The translations under genes and the position numbers were made by a program. The notes under the pieces were generated by a model. The model was given only the letters and a program-made list of their open reading frames with translations. It ran no database searches and was not told where the DNA came from. DNA of 64,000 nucleotides from a virus, in IMG/VR virus record IMGVR_UViG_3300006931_000005, positions 9,725-73,724 of that record; one strand, 5' to 3'. Positions 47,141 through 56,526 of this stretch are shown here, piece after piece; positions within the stretch are counted from its first letter, which is position 1, and each line of letters opens with the position of its first letter.

Positions 47141-47479
47141 ATGAAAACCCTTCTCATCTCTGACGCCCAGCTCGGTCAACCCGGCGCTGGTGATTTCACC
47201 GGCCAGTCTCCGGCCCCGGCTCCTGCGATCTCGACCGCCGACAAGATCAAGGCCATTGAAGCCGAGCTTGGTGCTGGCCTTACGCTGGCTGCGAACATTT
47301 CCGGTGCCATCGACCCGGCACTGATCCCGTTCATCGTCATTGGCAAGGCCGCAGCCGCCGCCGTCCCCGGCATCGTGGATGACGTGACTGCGATGATCGA
47401 AGGCGGAGCCCCGTCCCCGGAGGACAATGTGGCTCTCGCCCAAAAGATCGCCGGTCTCAACAGCCCGGAGAATCTGTAA
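47141..47479 (+). CDS. Ala-rich hypothetical protein
   Basis: Last ORF before terminator. Confidence 0.6.
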   Translation: MKTLLISDAQLGQPGAGDFTGQSPAPAPAISTADKIKAIEAELGAGLTLAANISGAIDPALIPFIVIGKAAAAAVPGIVDDVTAMIEGGAPSPEDNVALAQKIAGLNSPENL

Positions 47480-47495
47480 CAAATCTTCAAAACAA

Positions 47496-47526
47496 AAAGG
47501 CGCGACCCGTGAGGGCCGCGCCTTTT
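47496..47526. terminator. bidirectional intrinsic terminator
   Basis: AAAAGGCGCG-ACCCGTGAGGGC-CGCGCCTTTT at the convergence of the two gene blocks. Confidence 0.88.
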
Positions 47527-47575
47527 GTCTGTTAGCTATGGATCGGGCTTTCACCGTCAGCGGCTAAACCGCACT

Positions 47576-47764
47576 TTAACCAGATTTTTTCCGACCTTGC
47601 TGATACTTGTACTTCGCCAGTTTCGCTCTGGCCCAGTCGGGTGTCTTGTGAAAAGCGTACCCGATGGCTTTGATCGTGTAACCCCTCGACGCGAGGAACG
47701 CCACAGCCTCAAGCCGGGCCGGGATCGCGGATTGATGATCTTCCTTGTTGTATTGCTTACTCAT
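47576..47764 (-). CDS. small HTH-like protein
   Basis: GYTIKAIGYAFHKTPDWAR. Confidence 0.5.
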   Translation of the reverse strand: MSKQYNKEDHQSAIPARLEAVAFLASRGYTIKAIGYAFHKTPDWARAKLAKYKYQQGRKKSG

Positions 47765-47967
47765 GGTGGGGGTGTGGGTTGTGGGGAGGTGCGGGTGTTC
47801 CATCTCTTAACAGCATCCTCTTTCTTTGTCATTCCGCTTGGTGGAACTAGAGATTCAATACTTCCGCCGCATACAATGCACCAAACAGAGTTTGCATGTA
47901 TGCGTGCTTTATCTGCTCCACAAAACGGACAAGGCAACAACCTCACTTCTTTTTCAGGGGATGGCAT
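47761..47967 (-). CDS. Lar-family (restriction alleviation) Zn-finger protein
   Basis: LLPCPFCG..CIVCG..AVKRWNTR. Confidence 0.82.
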   Translation of the reverse strand: MPSPEKEVRLLPCPFCGADKARIHANSVWCIVCGGSIESLVPPSGMTKKEDAVKRWNTRTSPQPTPPP

Positions 47968-47971
47968 AGGG

Positions 47972-48220
47972 TTATTTCTTTCTAAATTGAACTATTGTCC
48001 AGTTGCCGTTGGTAATGATAACAGGATAGTAGTTGGTTGAGAGTTCGACTTGGAAATTTGTTATTGAATCACGGCCACCGTCATTTGTGCCGTTGAATAC
48101 ATATTGGCGTTTTATCCAAAGACGTGTATCAACATTGCGGTCTATGTAAACATAAGCGGGCATTCTGCTTAGTGATATTGAGTCCCTCGGTTCTATGAGT
48201 AATGGTAAATCGTTTGTCAT
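47972..48220 (-). CDS. TN-rich hypothetical protein
   Basis: AT-rich ORF with 5 TN dipeptides. Confidence 0.5.
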   Translation of the reverse strand: MTNDLPLLIEPRDSISLSRMPAYVYIDRNVDTRLWIKRQYVFNGTNDGGRDSITNFQVELSTNYYPVIITNGNWTIVQFRKK

Positions 48221-48221
48221 C

Positions 48222-48377
48222 TCATTTCTTCTTTCTATTTGGTCTTGGTGTTTGGCAGATGGGGCAGCATTGCCAGCGTTCAGTCACAAATATCTTTAGC
48301 CTATCAGCCTTCCATGTGCCTGTTCGCAACTCGTATCCAAGCGGCGTTATTACAAGATGCCTGCACCATTTCTTCAT
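48222..48377 (-). CDS. small Cys-containing protein (51 aa, not in ORF track)
   Basis: MKKWCRH...WQCCPICQTPRP fills the gap; ATGA overlap. Confidence 0.5.
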   Translation of the reverse strand: MKKWCRHLVITPLGYELRTGTWKADRLKIFVTERWQCCPICQTPRPNRKKK

Positions 48378-49288
48378 ACTGATTTTTTGGTTGTGGGTTG
48401 GAGGGCTTTAGAACACTTCTGCACAATGAAGTGAACACCTTCACCGGGATTGTGTGCCATCCACTGAATAGCTTCATGCAAAGCACTATTCATCCGCTTC
48501 TCCCGCTCCAACAGGTCTAGCGCGGCTTGGGGAGTGGTGGGGAGGGCAACGTCAATTGCTTCGCCAGCTTCTTCAATCCACTGGGCTGATTGGTCAAAAG
48601 TCACTTCGCCAGCACAACTATTTCCACCATAAGGATGTGACCAAGCGATAGCCTGCTTTGACTTTTTCAACGCCTCACTCATCACCGCCATTTGAGCGGT
48701 GGCGAGGGTGAGTTGGTTTCTTAAATCTTCCACGACTGACAAAGCAATCATGTCTTTGCAAGCATCAGTTACAGTCTGGCCGATTGCTTTGTCAGACATC
48801 TGTTGCTCCAACTCCTTCACGCTGGATTGGAGGGTGACAAGCTTTTGTGCAGCTTGTTTATCTATTGTTTTCCAAACATTGATACTGGCCAAAGCCTCCG
48901 TCAGTTCGCGTTCAAGGGTGCGATACTTCATGTCAAAGAAAATCCTTATGGTATCAGGACAATCTCCAAACTGTTGCCAGAACTCTTTCCATAAAGCATC
49001 CGTCCTCGGCGTTGGTGGGGTGGTGGGTGTTGACATAGGTTTTTTAGTTTGTCGTTTCAGGGCCAGCTCACGCTGGGTTATCAGGATCGCGCCGGACTTG
49101 ATCGCCAGCTCGCGCTTGGTCAGGCAGACATCGAAGTGTTCCTTCCAAGTGCCGGGCGATTGAATCCATTTTCGCTGCACGCCGATCTTGTCCACCATCG
49201 CCAGAAGCTCGTCGCTGGTGTCCGCGATCATGTGGCACATTCGCATCCGCTTGAAGGCCATCCGCGCATCGTCGATGTAAACGCTCAT
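48374..49288 (-). CDS. DUF4031-like domain in frame with an AT-rich coiled-coil protein
   Basis: VYIDD...CHMIADT.DEL...HFDV..KR..AI; second part starts MSTPTTPPTPRTDA. Confidence 0.7.
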   Translation of the reverse strand: MSVYIDDARMAFKRMRMCHMIADTSDELLAMVDKIGVQRKWIQSPGTWKEHFDVCLTKRELAIKSGAILITQRELALKRQTKKPMSTPTTPPTPRTDALWKEFWQQFGDCPDTIRIFFDMKYRTLERELTEALASINVWKTIDKQAAQKLVTLQSSVKELEQQMSDKAIGQTVTDACKDMIALSVVEDLRNQLTLATAQMAVMSEALKKSKQAIAWSHPYGGNSCAGEVTFDQSAQWIEEAGEAIDVALPTTPQAALDLLEREKRMNSALHEAIQWMAHNPGEGVHFIVQKCSKALQPTTKKSV

Positions 49289-49692
49289 AGTGATTCGATT
49301 TTTACGACGACGCCTTTTCGCCCTCTGGTTTCGACCTGCCCATATTGATAACGTATTCGTTTATCGCCATCGTCGATGCCGAGGGTGGCTGACACTGCAT
49401 CACGGAGGGGCTTGCAAGCCGCTGCGAGATTGTCTGTATCGAGCTCTCGATGGACGTAGGCGATGAAAGTAACGACGACTGCCAAGCGGCCTTTGCGTCT
49501 TTTGAATGTTGGCTGACGAGCCGCCAGTGCTTTCGCAGCAGCCGGTTTGGGCTGATGGGTTTCCACGCCACCCAGAGGAGGATACAGGTGTGGGTTTCTT
49601 TTCCTGACGGATTCGCTGACATTTTTTGGTATCTCGTTCACTTCGAGTTTCGGCGGTTGTTTGCTTGCTGCTTTCGCGTTGCCCAATAGCAA
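49285..49692 (-). CDS. RusA-like Holliday junction resolvase
   Basis: LDTDNL...KPLRDA...GIDDGD. Confidence 0.7.
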   Translation of the reverse strand: MLLGNAKAASKQPPKLEVNEIPKNVSESVRKRNPHLYPPLGGVETHQPKPAAAKALAARQPTFKRRKGRLAVVVTFIAYVHRELDTDNLAAACKPLRDAVSATLGIDDGDKRIRYQYGQVETRGRKGVVVKIESL

Positions 49693-50105
49693 TTCTTTGG
49701 CGTGTAATTGCCGTTATTATTTCTGCGTTCCACGGTCAAGCCCGGTGGCCGCTTGCCCATGTCGGCCAAAAAGTTTTTGAACTTCAACCACCGTTTACAA
49801 ACGCGGATGCCGCGACCGCCATAATATCGGTAGATGCGACAGGTTGGAGATAAGCATCGGCTTTTAATTCCAGCCCATATTCGATATTCGGCAGTTTTCG
49901 ATTTGCCATGAGTGGTACTGTCTTTGATGGCTTGCGCGGATCGTAAGCAGCCACAGCTTTTGGTGTGACCGTTTTGTAGGTTGTAGGCAAATGCGACCGC
50001 AGATTTACCGCAGTCGCATTTGCACCGATACTTCTTTTTGCCAGCCTTCGATACGAGCCTTAAAACTACAAGGCTACCGAATCGAAGGCCGATGATTGAT
50101 GTCAT
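49638..50105 (-). mobile_element. HNH homing endonuclease
   Basis: [43 protein letters not shown]. Confidence 0.9.
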
Positions 50106-51436
50106 GTCTTAGGTACGATCTCGCCGTCCTGAATGAGTAGCGCCATCGGATCAGTGGATCGTGCATCTTCAATCCAGATTTGTACATCTTTTTCTGCCGC
50201 CATTTTTGCCACAATTTCTAGGCCGTTCTGGTCGAGCAGCGATCCGTCTCGGATGAACATCACCCGCAGGTTGGGATTGAGCGCGATCCCGATGCTCACG
50301 CTCACCAGCAGCTTCTTCGCCGTAGATGCCTGCGAGAACGGAATCCGGTTGAACAGGATTTCGTCGCCGTCGATGGACAGCCCTTCGAGCGGGAACTTGC
50401 AATCGGCGAGAAGCTTTGCCTTCTGCCCGTCGATCTGTTCGAGCTTGGCCGTGAGCTCGGCGGACTTCGTGGCCTTCGCGGTCACGATCTCCTTCTGGTC
50501 GTTGTGCGACTTATTGGCCTGCACCTTGGCGTTGACTGCCGCCGCGCTGTTGATCGCGTCAGTGATCGCCTGCGTGTCCACATCAACGACCTCCGCAAGT
50601 GCGGCATCCGCGATCTTGATTTTCTCCTCGCCTGCGGTGATGGCCAGCCGCTTCGCAGCCAGAACACCTTCGGCACTCGTGACCGCAGCCTTGGCCGCTT
50701 GCAGCTCTTGTTCGAGGCGCGTGACTTCCGCCTTTGCGCTCTCAACGCCCTGCTGGGCCGTCTGCTCCTCGGTCTTAGCCGTACCCAGCAACTCCCGGAG
50801 CCGATCTACGGCCCGGCGCTGCTCGGCGTTGGACTCGTTCTGTTGCTGGGCGAGTGTCAATTTTTGAATCAATTCGCTGACATCCACGGCCTGTGCAGGA
50901 GCCGCAGGATCGTGCGGGAACAGCGCCAGACGCGCCTTGGCGCTGTCATGCTCCCGGTTGACGATGGTTCGTTCGCCAAACACAGCCGCACGCTCTGCGT
51001 CGAGCTTGGAGGTGTCCAGCCCTACGAGCCTGCGAAGGGTCACGAGCTGCACTTCAGGCTTCTGGCGGGAGAATTCCAGCGGATCGAATGACAGCTTGCC
51101 GACCAAGCTGTCGAGGATGCCTTGTGGCGATTTTTGTACAGCGCCCTCCCGGTTCGTGACCTTGATCGCGGTGCCCGTCGGCCCGAACGTCCGGGTGGCC
51201 ACGAGGTCGCCAAGGTCGAGGACGATGCTGGCCTTGCTGGTGCCGTCCCGGATGGGCCGGGGCGGGATCGCGTCGGCCCCACCCATGACCATCTGGATGC
51301 AGTCGAGGATCGAGCTCTTGCCCGCTTCGTTGGCCCCGGTCAGGACGACAGTGTTGCCCTGCGGGGTGATGCTGATGGCCTTCAAGACCTTCACGTTGGA
51401 AGCTTGAAGGGATACGATTTTGTGTGTCGGTGTCAT
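50102..51436 (-). CDS. SMC/Rad50-like ATPase
   Basis: GANEAGKSS, long coiled coil, QASTA signature, FIRDGSLLD. Confidence 0.85.
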   Translation of the reverse strand: MTPTHKIVSLQASNVKVLKAISITPQGNTVVLTGANEAGKSSILDCIQMVMGGADAIPPRPIRDGTSKASIVLDLGDLVATRTFGPTGTAIKVTNREGAVQKSPQGILDSLVGKLSFDPLEFSRQKPEVQLVTLRRLVGLDTSKLDAERAAVFGERTIVNREHDSAKARLALFPHDPAAPAQAVDVSELIQKLTLAQQQNESNAEQRRAVDRLRELLGTAKTEEQTAQQGVESAKAEVTRLEQELQAAKAAVTSAEGVLAAKRLAITAGEEKIKIADAALAEVVDVDTQAITDAINSAAAVNAKVQANKSHNDQKEIVTAKATKSAELTAKLEQIDGQKAKLLADCKFPLEGLSIDGDEILFNRIPFSQASTAKKLLVSVSIGIALNPNLRVMFIRDGSLLDQNGLEIVAKMAAEKDVQIWIEDARSTDPMALLIQDGEIVPKT

Positions 51437-51466
51437 TTTGTTTTCGGTGTCTGGTGTTGCGGATGG

Positions 51467-52309
51467 TTAAAAAATACGGTCGATGATTTCAGAGATGTAC
51501 GCGGCGTTGAGCTTGGCCGGGTCGGTGCCTTCGAGGGCTTCAAGGAGTTGTGCGAAGTACGCCGAATCGACGCCAACCAACTGCTCCTGAAGAACGGCGA
51601 TGTTAAACAGGTCAAGCTCGTTGAGCTGAAGAATGACCTTCAACATCTGACCGGCGTTGATCGTCCAGCCACGGGCGATGAACTTGCGGAGCCGGATCAG
51701 CGAACAGAGCGGATACTTGCTGCCGACGTAGTTCAGCTCCTTCGTCATAATCGACTGGAGCGCGGCCAGCGGCGTGACCAGTTCCTCGTCCCACGATTTC
51801 CAGTACGATGTGCAGTGAACGAAATCGTAGTTCGCGTGAATCTCCTCCGGCTGGCCGAAGAAGCGCACCACGATTTGAATCTGGCCGGAGAGCGTGATCG
51901 CGTTCGAGGACATGAACACGGGCTCAAACTTCTCGTCCTCCTTCAGCTCTGGAGATTCATCGGAAGCTTCCTCGTCGCCCATGTAAACGATGTCCGGCGT
52001 CGTGCGGATTGAGATGCGCTGCGGGTCTGCGGGAATTCCGCGATCAGGATCGGCAGGAAGTCCGTCCCAGATCGTGACCTTGCCCGGAAAAAACTTGGCG
52101 TAGTATTCCGCCACGGCCAGACAGGTCGAGCGGTCGCGGAAATACAGGTCAAAGTCATTCGGCTTTTCGTTCTGCAACAGGCTGACGATGGAGCCGCCCG
52201 TGATGATGGTGCCGTCGATGACTTTCTTGCGAAGGTTTTCGTCGGTGATCGAGTTGGCCCAGAGGTTGAATCTCGCGGCCAGCAGTTTCTTTATTGATTT
52301 TAACTTCAT
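51467..52309 (-). CDS. Pol-beta-superfamily nucleotidyltransferase-like protein
   Basis: GGSIVSLL...NDFDLYF; YDFVHC; RLRKFIARGW. Confidence 0.7.
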   Translation of the reverse strand: MKLKSIKKLLAARFNLWANSITDENLRKKVIDGTIITGGSIVSLLQNEKPNDFDLYFRDRSTCLAVAEYYAKFFPGKVTIWDGLPADPDRGIPADPQRISIRTTPDIVYMGDEEASDESPELKEDEKFEPVFMSSNAITLSGQIQIVVRFFGQPEEIHANYDFVHCTSYWKSWDEELVTPLAALQSIMTKELNYVGSKYPLCSLIRLRKFIARGWTINAGQMLKVILQLNELDLFNIAVLQEQLVGVDSAYFAQLLEALEGTDPAKLNAAYISEIIDRIF

Positions 52310-53373
52310 GGCATTACGTCGGGGTTTTGTGTTTTGGCTTCTTGTTGCGTTATCGGAAAGTCGATCATCCGCTCGTCGTCAAGCGAGGCGTTGATGTCCC
52401 ACTGGCTCGGCTCGGTGATCGTCCAGCCGTTCATCACCATCTTGCCAGTTTCGTAGTCCGGCCAGAATTTATGCTTCAGGCATTGGCAGTAAAACTTGAG
52501 TGCTGCCATGTATTTGGCTCGGCCCACCTCGATGAATTCGTGCGACAGAATACGTCGGCCAGTTTGATATGGCGCACTGCTCTCTTGGATCAGGTGCCGG
52601 AATTCTTGGCGCTCAATTTCGGGTGTTGCCGCCGTGTGTAGGTCAAGATTCAGCGCAGCCTGCACATGGTAGGCATAAGCCCCCACGGTCTTTGGCCATT
52701 TGTTCGGGTGGCCGTCCTCTGAAGTTTTGAAGTCACCCAGCGACTTGCCATACAGCTTGTGCAGCGGATCTGGCACGAGGTCGGTGAGCACCCGGATCGG
52801 CACAATCAGCCCGGTGGCCGCATCAACATACTCGGCTGTGACCATGACCTGCACTTTCGAGCAGTTGATGAATTCCCGGATACGGTCATCGGCGAACAGC
52901 CGCTCGACCGCAGCGCCAGCTTCATCGGCATCACCCTTTTTAATCAGGATTTTGTCCGACCGCTTCGCCGCCCAATCCTTGCAAAAATTCGCGTTGTTAT
53001 TCCAAGGTTTCTCCTCGCCCCTTTCTGACACATAGGTCTCCGGGTATTGCTCGTAAATCTGATCTACCTTGTCCGGCGTCAACACAAGCATATCGAGATA
53101 GCTGCCATACTTCAGGCTGGGCGTTATCTCTTTCTCTGGCGAAGCCAACCACTTCATAGGACACTTCACAAACTCCATGAGCTCGCCGCGTGACATGACG
53201 TAACGCGGGTCGCCACGCTTCACTAATTTCACATCCAGCGGGTCTTGAGTGACCGGCTTTGTTTCATCAGGCAGCGCCAAGGCAGTTGCTTCTAGGTCAA
53301 CCGGCTGCTTGGCATAGGTTTCGTAGTCGATATTATCGCCGACGACCTTGGCGTTTTGGAATGGTAATTTCAT
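52306..53373 (-). CDS. PD-(D/E)XK exonuclease (RecE / exonuclease VIII-like)
   Basis: TD...DFKTS, YHVQAA, QESSAPY, FWPDY. Confidence 0.85.
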   Translation of the reverse strand: MKLPFQNAKVVGDNIDYETYAKQPVDLEATALALPDETKPVTQDPLDVKLVKRGDPRYVMSRGELMEFVKCPMKWLASPEKEITPSLKYGSYLDMLVLTPDKVDQIYEQYPETYVSERGEEKPWNNNANFCKDWAAKRSDKILIKKGDADEAGAAVERLFADDRIREFINCSKVQVMVTAEYVDAATGLIVPIRVLTDLVPDPLHKLYGKSLGDFKTSEDGHPNKWPKTVGAYAYHVQAALNLDLHTAATPEIERQEFRHLIQESSAPYQTGRRILSHEFIEVGRAKYMAALKFYCQCLKHKFWPDYETGKMVMNGWTITEPSQWDINASLDDERMIDFPITQQEAKTQNPDVMP

Positions 53374-54497
53374 GGCATGACGACCGGCTTGGTGATTTCG
53401 GGTTTGGCTTTGACTTGGTTGATGAGGGCTTCGAGCCCGGCGAGGGACAGTTTTTCGACGGCATGATCGACGTTACCGCCATCCAGAATCTCGGCCCGGT
53501 ACAAGATTGCGTTGATGATCTTCCAGTCAGCCGGAGCCTTCTTGGTGGCCGGGTCGATGTTGACTTCCTTGAACAGATTCCACAGCTCGGCCTTGGCCTT
53601 GACCATGGGATCATTCGGATCGCGCTTCGGCTTGGCCGGGCTGGACTGCGTGGTGGTTGCATTGGGCGTGCCACCGCAGAGCTTCAGGATCGCTTCAGCA
53701 TGATCGAACGTGAGTCGCTGGCCATTCTCCGGCAGGCAGGACAGAATTGACGGATGCGTGAACTTCGTGCCCTGTCCAAGCGGGAGCTCGAACGAGCACA
53801 GACCGCCGACGCCCTGCTCGTCCGCAGTCACCAGACCGACGGCGAGCGCCGTGCGGGTCAGCCCGGACTCTTGGATCGGGCTCTGGAATTCGTTCGGCTT
53901 GGATGCCGCCGCGTTGAATTTCTGCTTCGCTTGGAACAGGAGCACAAGGTTGGTCTTGGGCGTGGTCAGCTTGTTGACCAGCCGTTGATGTGTCCACGGC
54001 TTCACGGCGGCGGCAGCAGCGGCGGCACTGCGCTTCTTCTTCGCCTCGTCCTCGCCCGCCATCTTGTTCAGCACCTCATCCTTCAGGTCGAGATAGCCGC
54101 CTTCAGAATCCCATGCCTGCGACATGACATCTTCGATGATCGTGACACAGCCCAGTTCTTCCAGAGCTTCAGTCGCGGCGATCACCTTCAGCGGATTGAA
54201 CGGCGGATCGACGTGGATCACGCGGAAGCGGTCGATCCAACTGGCCTTGGTGCCACCGTATTTCTTTGCCGCCATGTCCGCCACAACGTCAATGGCCCAG
54301 CCGGAGCGATGGCCCTCGCCGTCAACCCAGCCGATCAAGCCTTTGGGCGTGATGCCCACGGCAAAGATGCCAGCCGTCACAGACTTTCCACCACCGACCG
54401 ATCCAAAAAGTCCGAAGGTTATGGTGCGACCGCTGATGACGGACGGTTCAGGTTTCATCGCCTGTTTGTATTTTGCTACTTCTTCTTTCCAGTTCAT
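53370..54497 (-). CDS. P-loop ATPase, Sak4-like recombinase
   Basis: GSVGGGKS, VDGE, PPFNP, IEDVMSQAW..EGG; next to the exonuclease. Confidence 0.75.
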   Translation of the reverse strand: MNWKEEVAKYKQAMKPEPSVISGRTITFGLFGSVGGGKSVTAGIFAVGITPKGLIGWVDGEGHRSGWAIDVVADMAAKKYGGTKASWIDRFRVIHVDPPFNPLKVIAATEALEELGCVTIIEDVMSQAWDSEGGYLDLKDEVLNKMAGEDEAKKKRSAAAAAAAVKPWTHQRLVNKLTTPKTNLVLLFQAKQKFNAAASKPNEFQSPIQESGLTRTALAVGLVTADEQGVGGLCSFELPLGQGTKFTHPSILSCLPENGQRLTFDHAEAILKLCGGTPNATTTQSSPAKPKRDPNDPMVKAKAELWNLFKEVNIDPATKKAPADWKIINAILYRAEILDGGNVDHAVEKLSLAGLEALINQVKAKPEITKPVVMP

Positions 54498-54500
54498 AGT

Positions 54501-54710
54501 TCAGTGAGTTGTGATTTTGATGCGGACAAATAAAAGGCAGAGGACGATGATCCAAAACATCAGGCTCATCGCCCGCGCTTCAGCCGTTCCGTACAAAGCC
54601 CAAGACCGCAGCGTCATCTTTTGACGACGCCACGGGTGAGATTTCGGCAGCAATGGTTTCATGGCCAGCGTAAGCAGCCAGATTGGTATCCAGATCAGCA
54701 TAGGCTTCAT
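54501..54710 (-). CDS. small membrane protein
   Basis: Two hydrophobic segments. Confidence 0.5.
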   Translation of the reverse strand: MKPMLIWIPIWLLTLAMKPLLPKSHPWRRQKMTLRSWALYGTAEARAMSLMFWIIVLCLLFVRIKITTH

Positions 54711-54715
54711 GTTTA

Positions 54716-55072
54716 TCAGCCCATCATTTGCGGGAATTCGACGCTGGAATTTTCGGCGGTCTCAAGGGCTTCGATGAAAGATTCGAGCTCGCTGATTGCA
54801 GTGTCGAGGTCATCCGCCTTTTGACCGGACTGAAGATTCTCCGGCAGACCGTCGCGCCATTCTTGCAGCTCGTCGCGCAGAGCTTCGCCGGTCTCTTTGG
54901 CATCTGCCGCCAAGCCCTGCGCTTCGCTGAAGCGGTCAGCGCGTGATTCGGCTGGCTCTTTGCGGGCCACATGAATGGATGCGTCCGGGTATTTGGTTTT
55001 GATGGCAGCTTCGACAAGCTGCTTGATGGTTTCAGCGCGAGCGCCTTTTTGGTTTACGGATATTTGGATCAT
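54716..55072 (-). CDS. helical phage protein
   Basis: LRDELQEWRDGLPENLQSG motif; start moved to ATG 55072. Confidence 0.65.
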   Translation of the reverse strand: MIQISVNQKGARAETIKQLVEAAIKTKYPDASIHVARKEPAESRADRFSEAQGLAADAKETGEALRDELQEWRDGLPENLQSGQKADDLDTAISELESFIEALETAENSSVEFPQMMG

Positions 55073-55073
55073 A

Positions 55074-55301
55074 TTATTTGAGTTGGTTGATGGCCTTAAT
55101 GTGCTGGTCAAACGCTTCTTGCGTCCAGTCGAAGCGGCCCTTCTCGCGGTGAGAAATGGTGACGCCGGAGACGCCCATTTTCTTGGCAAGATCGCATTGC
55201 AAGACGCCGCAGAATTCGCGGTAACGCTTGACCTCCGCCCCGGTCTCCACGTTGTCGATGGGCTGTGCGGCTTGGGTTTGAAGTTTGATGGTCGGAGTCA
55301 T
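55074..55301 (-). CDS. XRE/Cro-type HTH regulator
   Basis: VKRYRE..GVLQCDLAKKMGVSGVTISHREKG. Confidence 0.85.
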   Translation of the reverse strand: MTPTIKLQTQAAQPIDNVETGAEVKRYREFCGVLQCDLAKKMGVSGVTISHREKGRFDWTQEAFDQHIKAINQLK

Positions 55302-55342
55302 TTCAGATACGGGTTTAAATTTAACACGAGATGTAAAGAGTA

Positions 55343-55362
55343 CAATGACAAACTTGTCATTG
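55343..55362. promoter_or_regulatory. palindromic operator upstream of the HTH gene
   Basis: CAATGACA-AACT-TGTCATTG, abutting minus-strand TTGTAC-16-TAAATT. Confidence 0.65.
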
Positions 55363-55527
55363 CTTTGGCGGTAGTTGCTTGCCGCGCCAGCTATGGCCAC
55401 GGAGCCGTGGATTCTTCCGCAGCTCGGCCAGTTGCTTGGTGATACCGGTGACATTGATCGCGGCGGGCGCTTCGCCGGATGAGCTGTGGATACGATTAAG
55501 GAGCGCCGGGCGTGTGGGTTTTGACAT
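55357..55527 (-). CDS. small basic protein (56 aa, not in ORF track)
   Basis: MSKPTRPALLNRIH... fills the gap. Confidence 0.45.
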   Translation of the reverse strand: MSKPTRPALLNRIHSSSGEAPAAINVTGITKQLAELRKNPRLRGHSWRGKQLPPKQ

Positions 55528-55545
55528 AATTAGATTTGCCGAAGA

Positions 55546-55821
55546 TCATATATCGCTTTCCGCTTCTGCGATCATGGCATCCGCAATCTGATATGATGCT
55601 GCTGCAACCTCTTTCGGTGCGGTCTTGCCGATAGATGCCAGCCGCTCGATCATCACAGGCAATGCAGCCGCCGCGAAAAAATCACGGCGCGTAAGCCCGG
55701 CTTGAACGTCTGTAACATTTTTAGTGATTGCGGTTTCTTGGCCATTTTGAATGACCACATCACCAGCTTTCATGGCTATCATCCATGGAAAAGCTGATCC
55801 GCCATTTTTAGGTTTGCTCAT
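55546..55821 (-). CDS. conserved phage protein
   Basis: NGGSAFP...GLTRRDFFAAAAL...YQIADAMIAE. Confidence 0.75.
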   Translation of the reverse strand: MSKPKNGGSAFPWMIAMKAGDVVIQNGQETAITKNVTDVQAGLTRRDFFAAAALPVMIERLASIGKTAPKEVAAASYQIADAMIAEAESDI

Positions 55822-56092
55822 AAGTTTTAAGTCTGTGTACCAGCCTGCGTAATTGCGACTGGATTTGGATTAGGATCGAAGCCCGCTGTGCTGGGTTGTC
55901 TGGATTATATTCTTTGAACCAGAAGGTTTTCATCACGAAGCTGCAACCGATCAGGCTGGCGTGAACACGGGTGCGACCGCTTGAATCTTTCCATGGCTTA
56001 TACCTCCAATCGCCGACCTTTGAATTCTCGCGGTCGAGCACGGTCGAGACCTCAACCTTTAGGTCGCTCCACGTCAGCGGTCTTGTCCTCAT
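55808..56092 (-). CDS. hypothetical protein
   Basis: Tightly packed ORF. Confidence 0.55.
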   Translation of the reverse strand: MRTRPLTWSDLKVEVSTVLDRENSKVGDWRYKPWKDSSGRTRVHASLIGCSFVMKTFWFKEYNPDNPAQRASILIQIQSQLRRLVHRLKTYEQT

Positions 56093-56264
56093 AGATTTTT
56101 GTCCTCGTGCTTTGGTTGACGATCATCAGGGTGCCGGGATTCTCGGCGACTTGCGCGAGGGCCGTCACGTCATCGGGCAGACGGATCGGGTAAAACCCGT
56201 CCGCCCGGTGAAACGTGTACATGAATCCATCCTGAAATATGTCATCCGTCAGCTTTGCGTTCAT
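56052..56264 (-). CDS. hypothetical protein
   Basis: Tightly packed ORF. Confidence 0.55.
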   Translation of the reverse strand: MNAKLTDDIFQDGFMYTFHRADGFYPIRLPDDVTALAQVAENPGTLMIVNQSTRTKIYEDKTADVERPKG

Positions 56265-56526
56265 GGCTTGGTTCGCGTTCCGGTTGCGGTGTGGCGAATG
56301 TATAGTCACCAGTTGCCATTGTCATGTCGGGCAGGCTGGATATGAATTTTGCCTTGGTGCGCCATTGCGCCCGGCATCCAAGGCAGGTCACGCTGGAGTA
56401 ATCGCTATACGTCTGGCGATAGCCGCTGAACGCAGAGTGATTACAATGGCGTTGAATTACACCCCAGCGCCGATTAGCCATCGGCTTTTCACTTTCAGGG
56501 CACTTGCAGGTATAGCCTTGGCTCAT
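56242..56526 (-). CDS. Zn-binding hypothetical protein
   Basis: CKC..CNHSAF..CLGC..WRT. Confidence 0.6.
   Translation of the reverse strand: MSQGYTCKCPESEKPMANRRWGVIQRHCNHSAFSGYRQTYSDYSSVTCLGCRAQWRTKAKFISSLPDMTMATGDYTFATPQPEREPSHERKADG

Noticed and set aside
49905-49918. Operator-like TGCCA-TGAG-TGGTA in the HNH gene
   Set aside because: Mismatched arm and no promoter context; likely chance
55521-55549. Plus-strand TTGACA-17-GATCAT promoter
   Set aside because: TTGACA coincides with the ATG-TCA-A start of a minus-strand gene and no plus-strand gene follows
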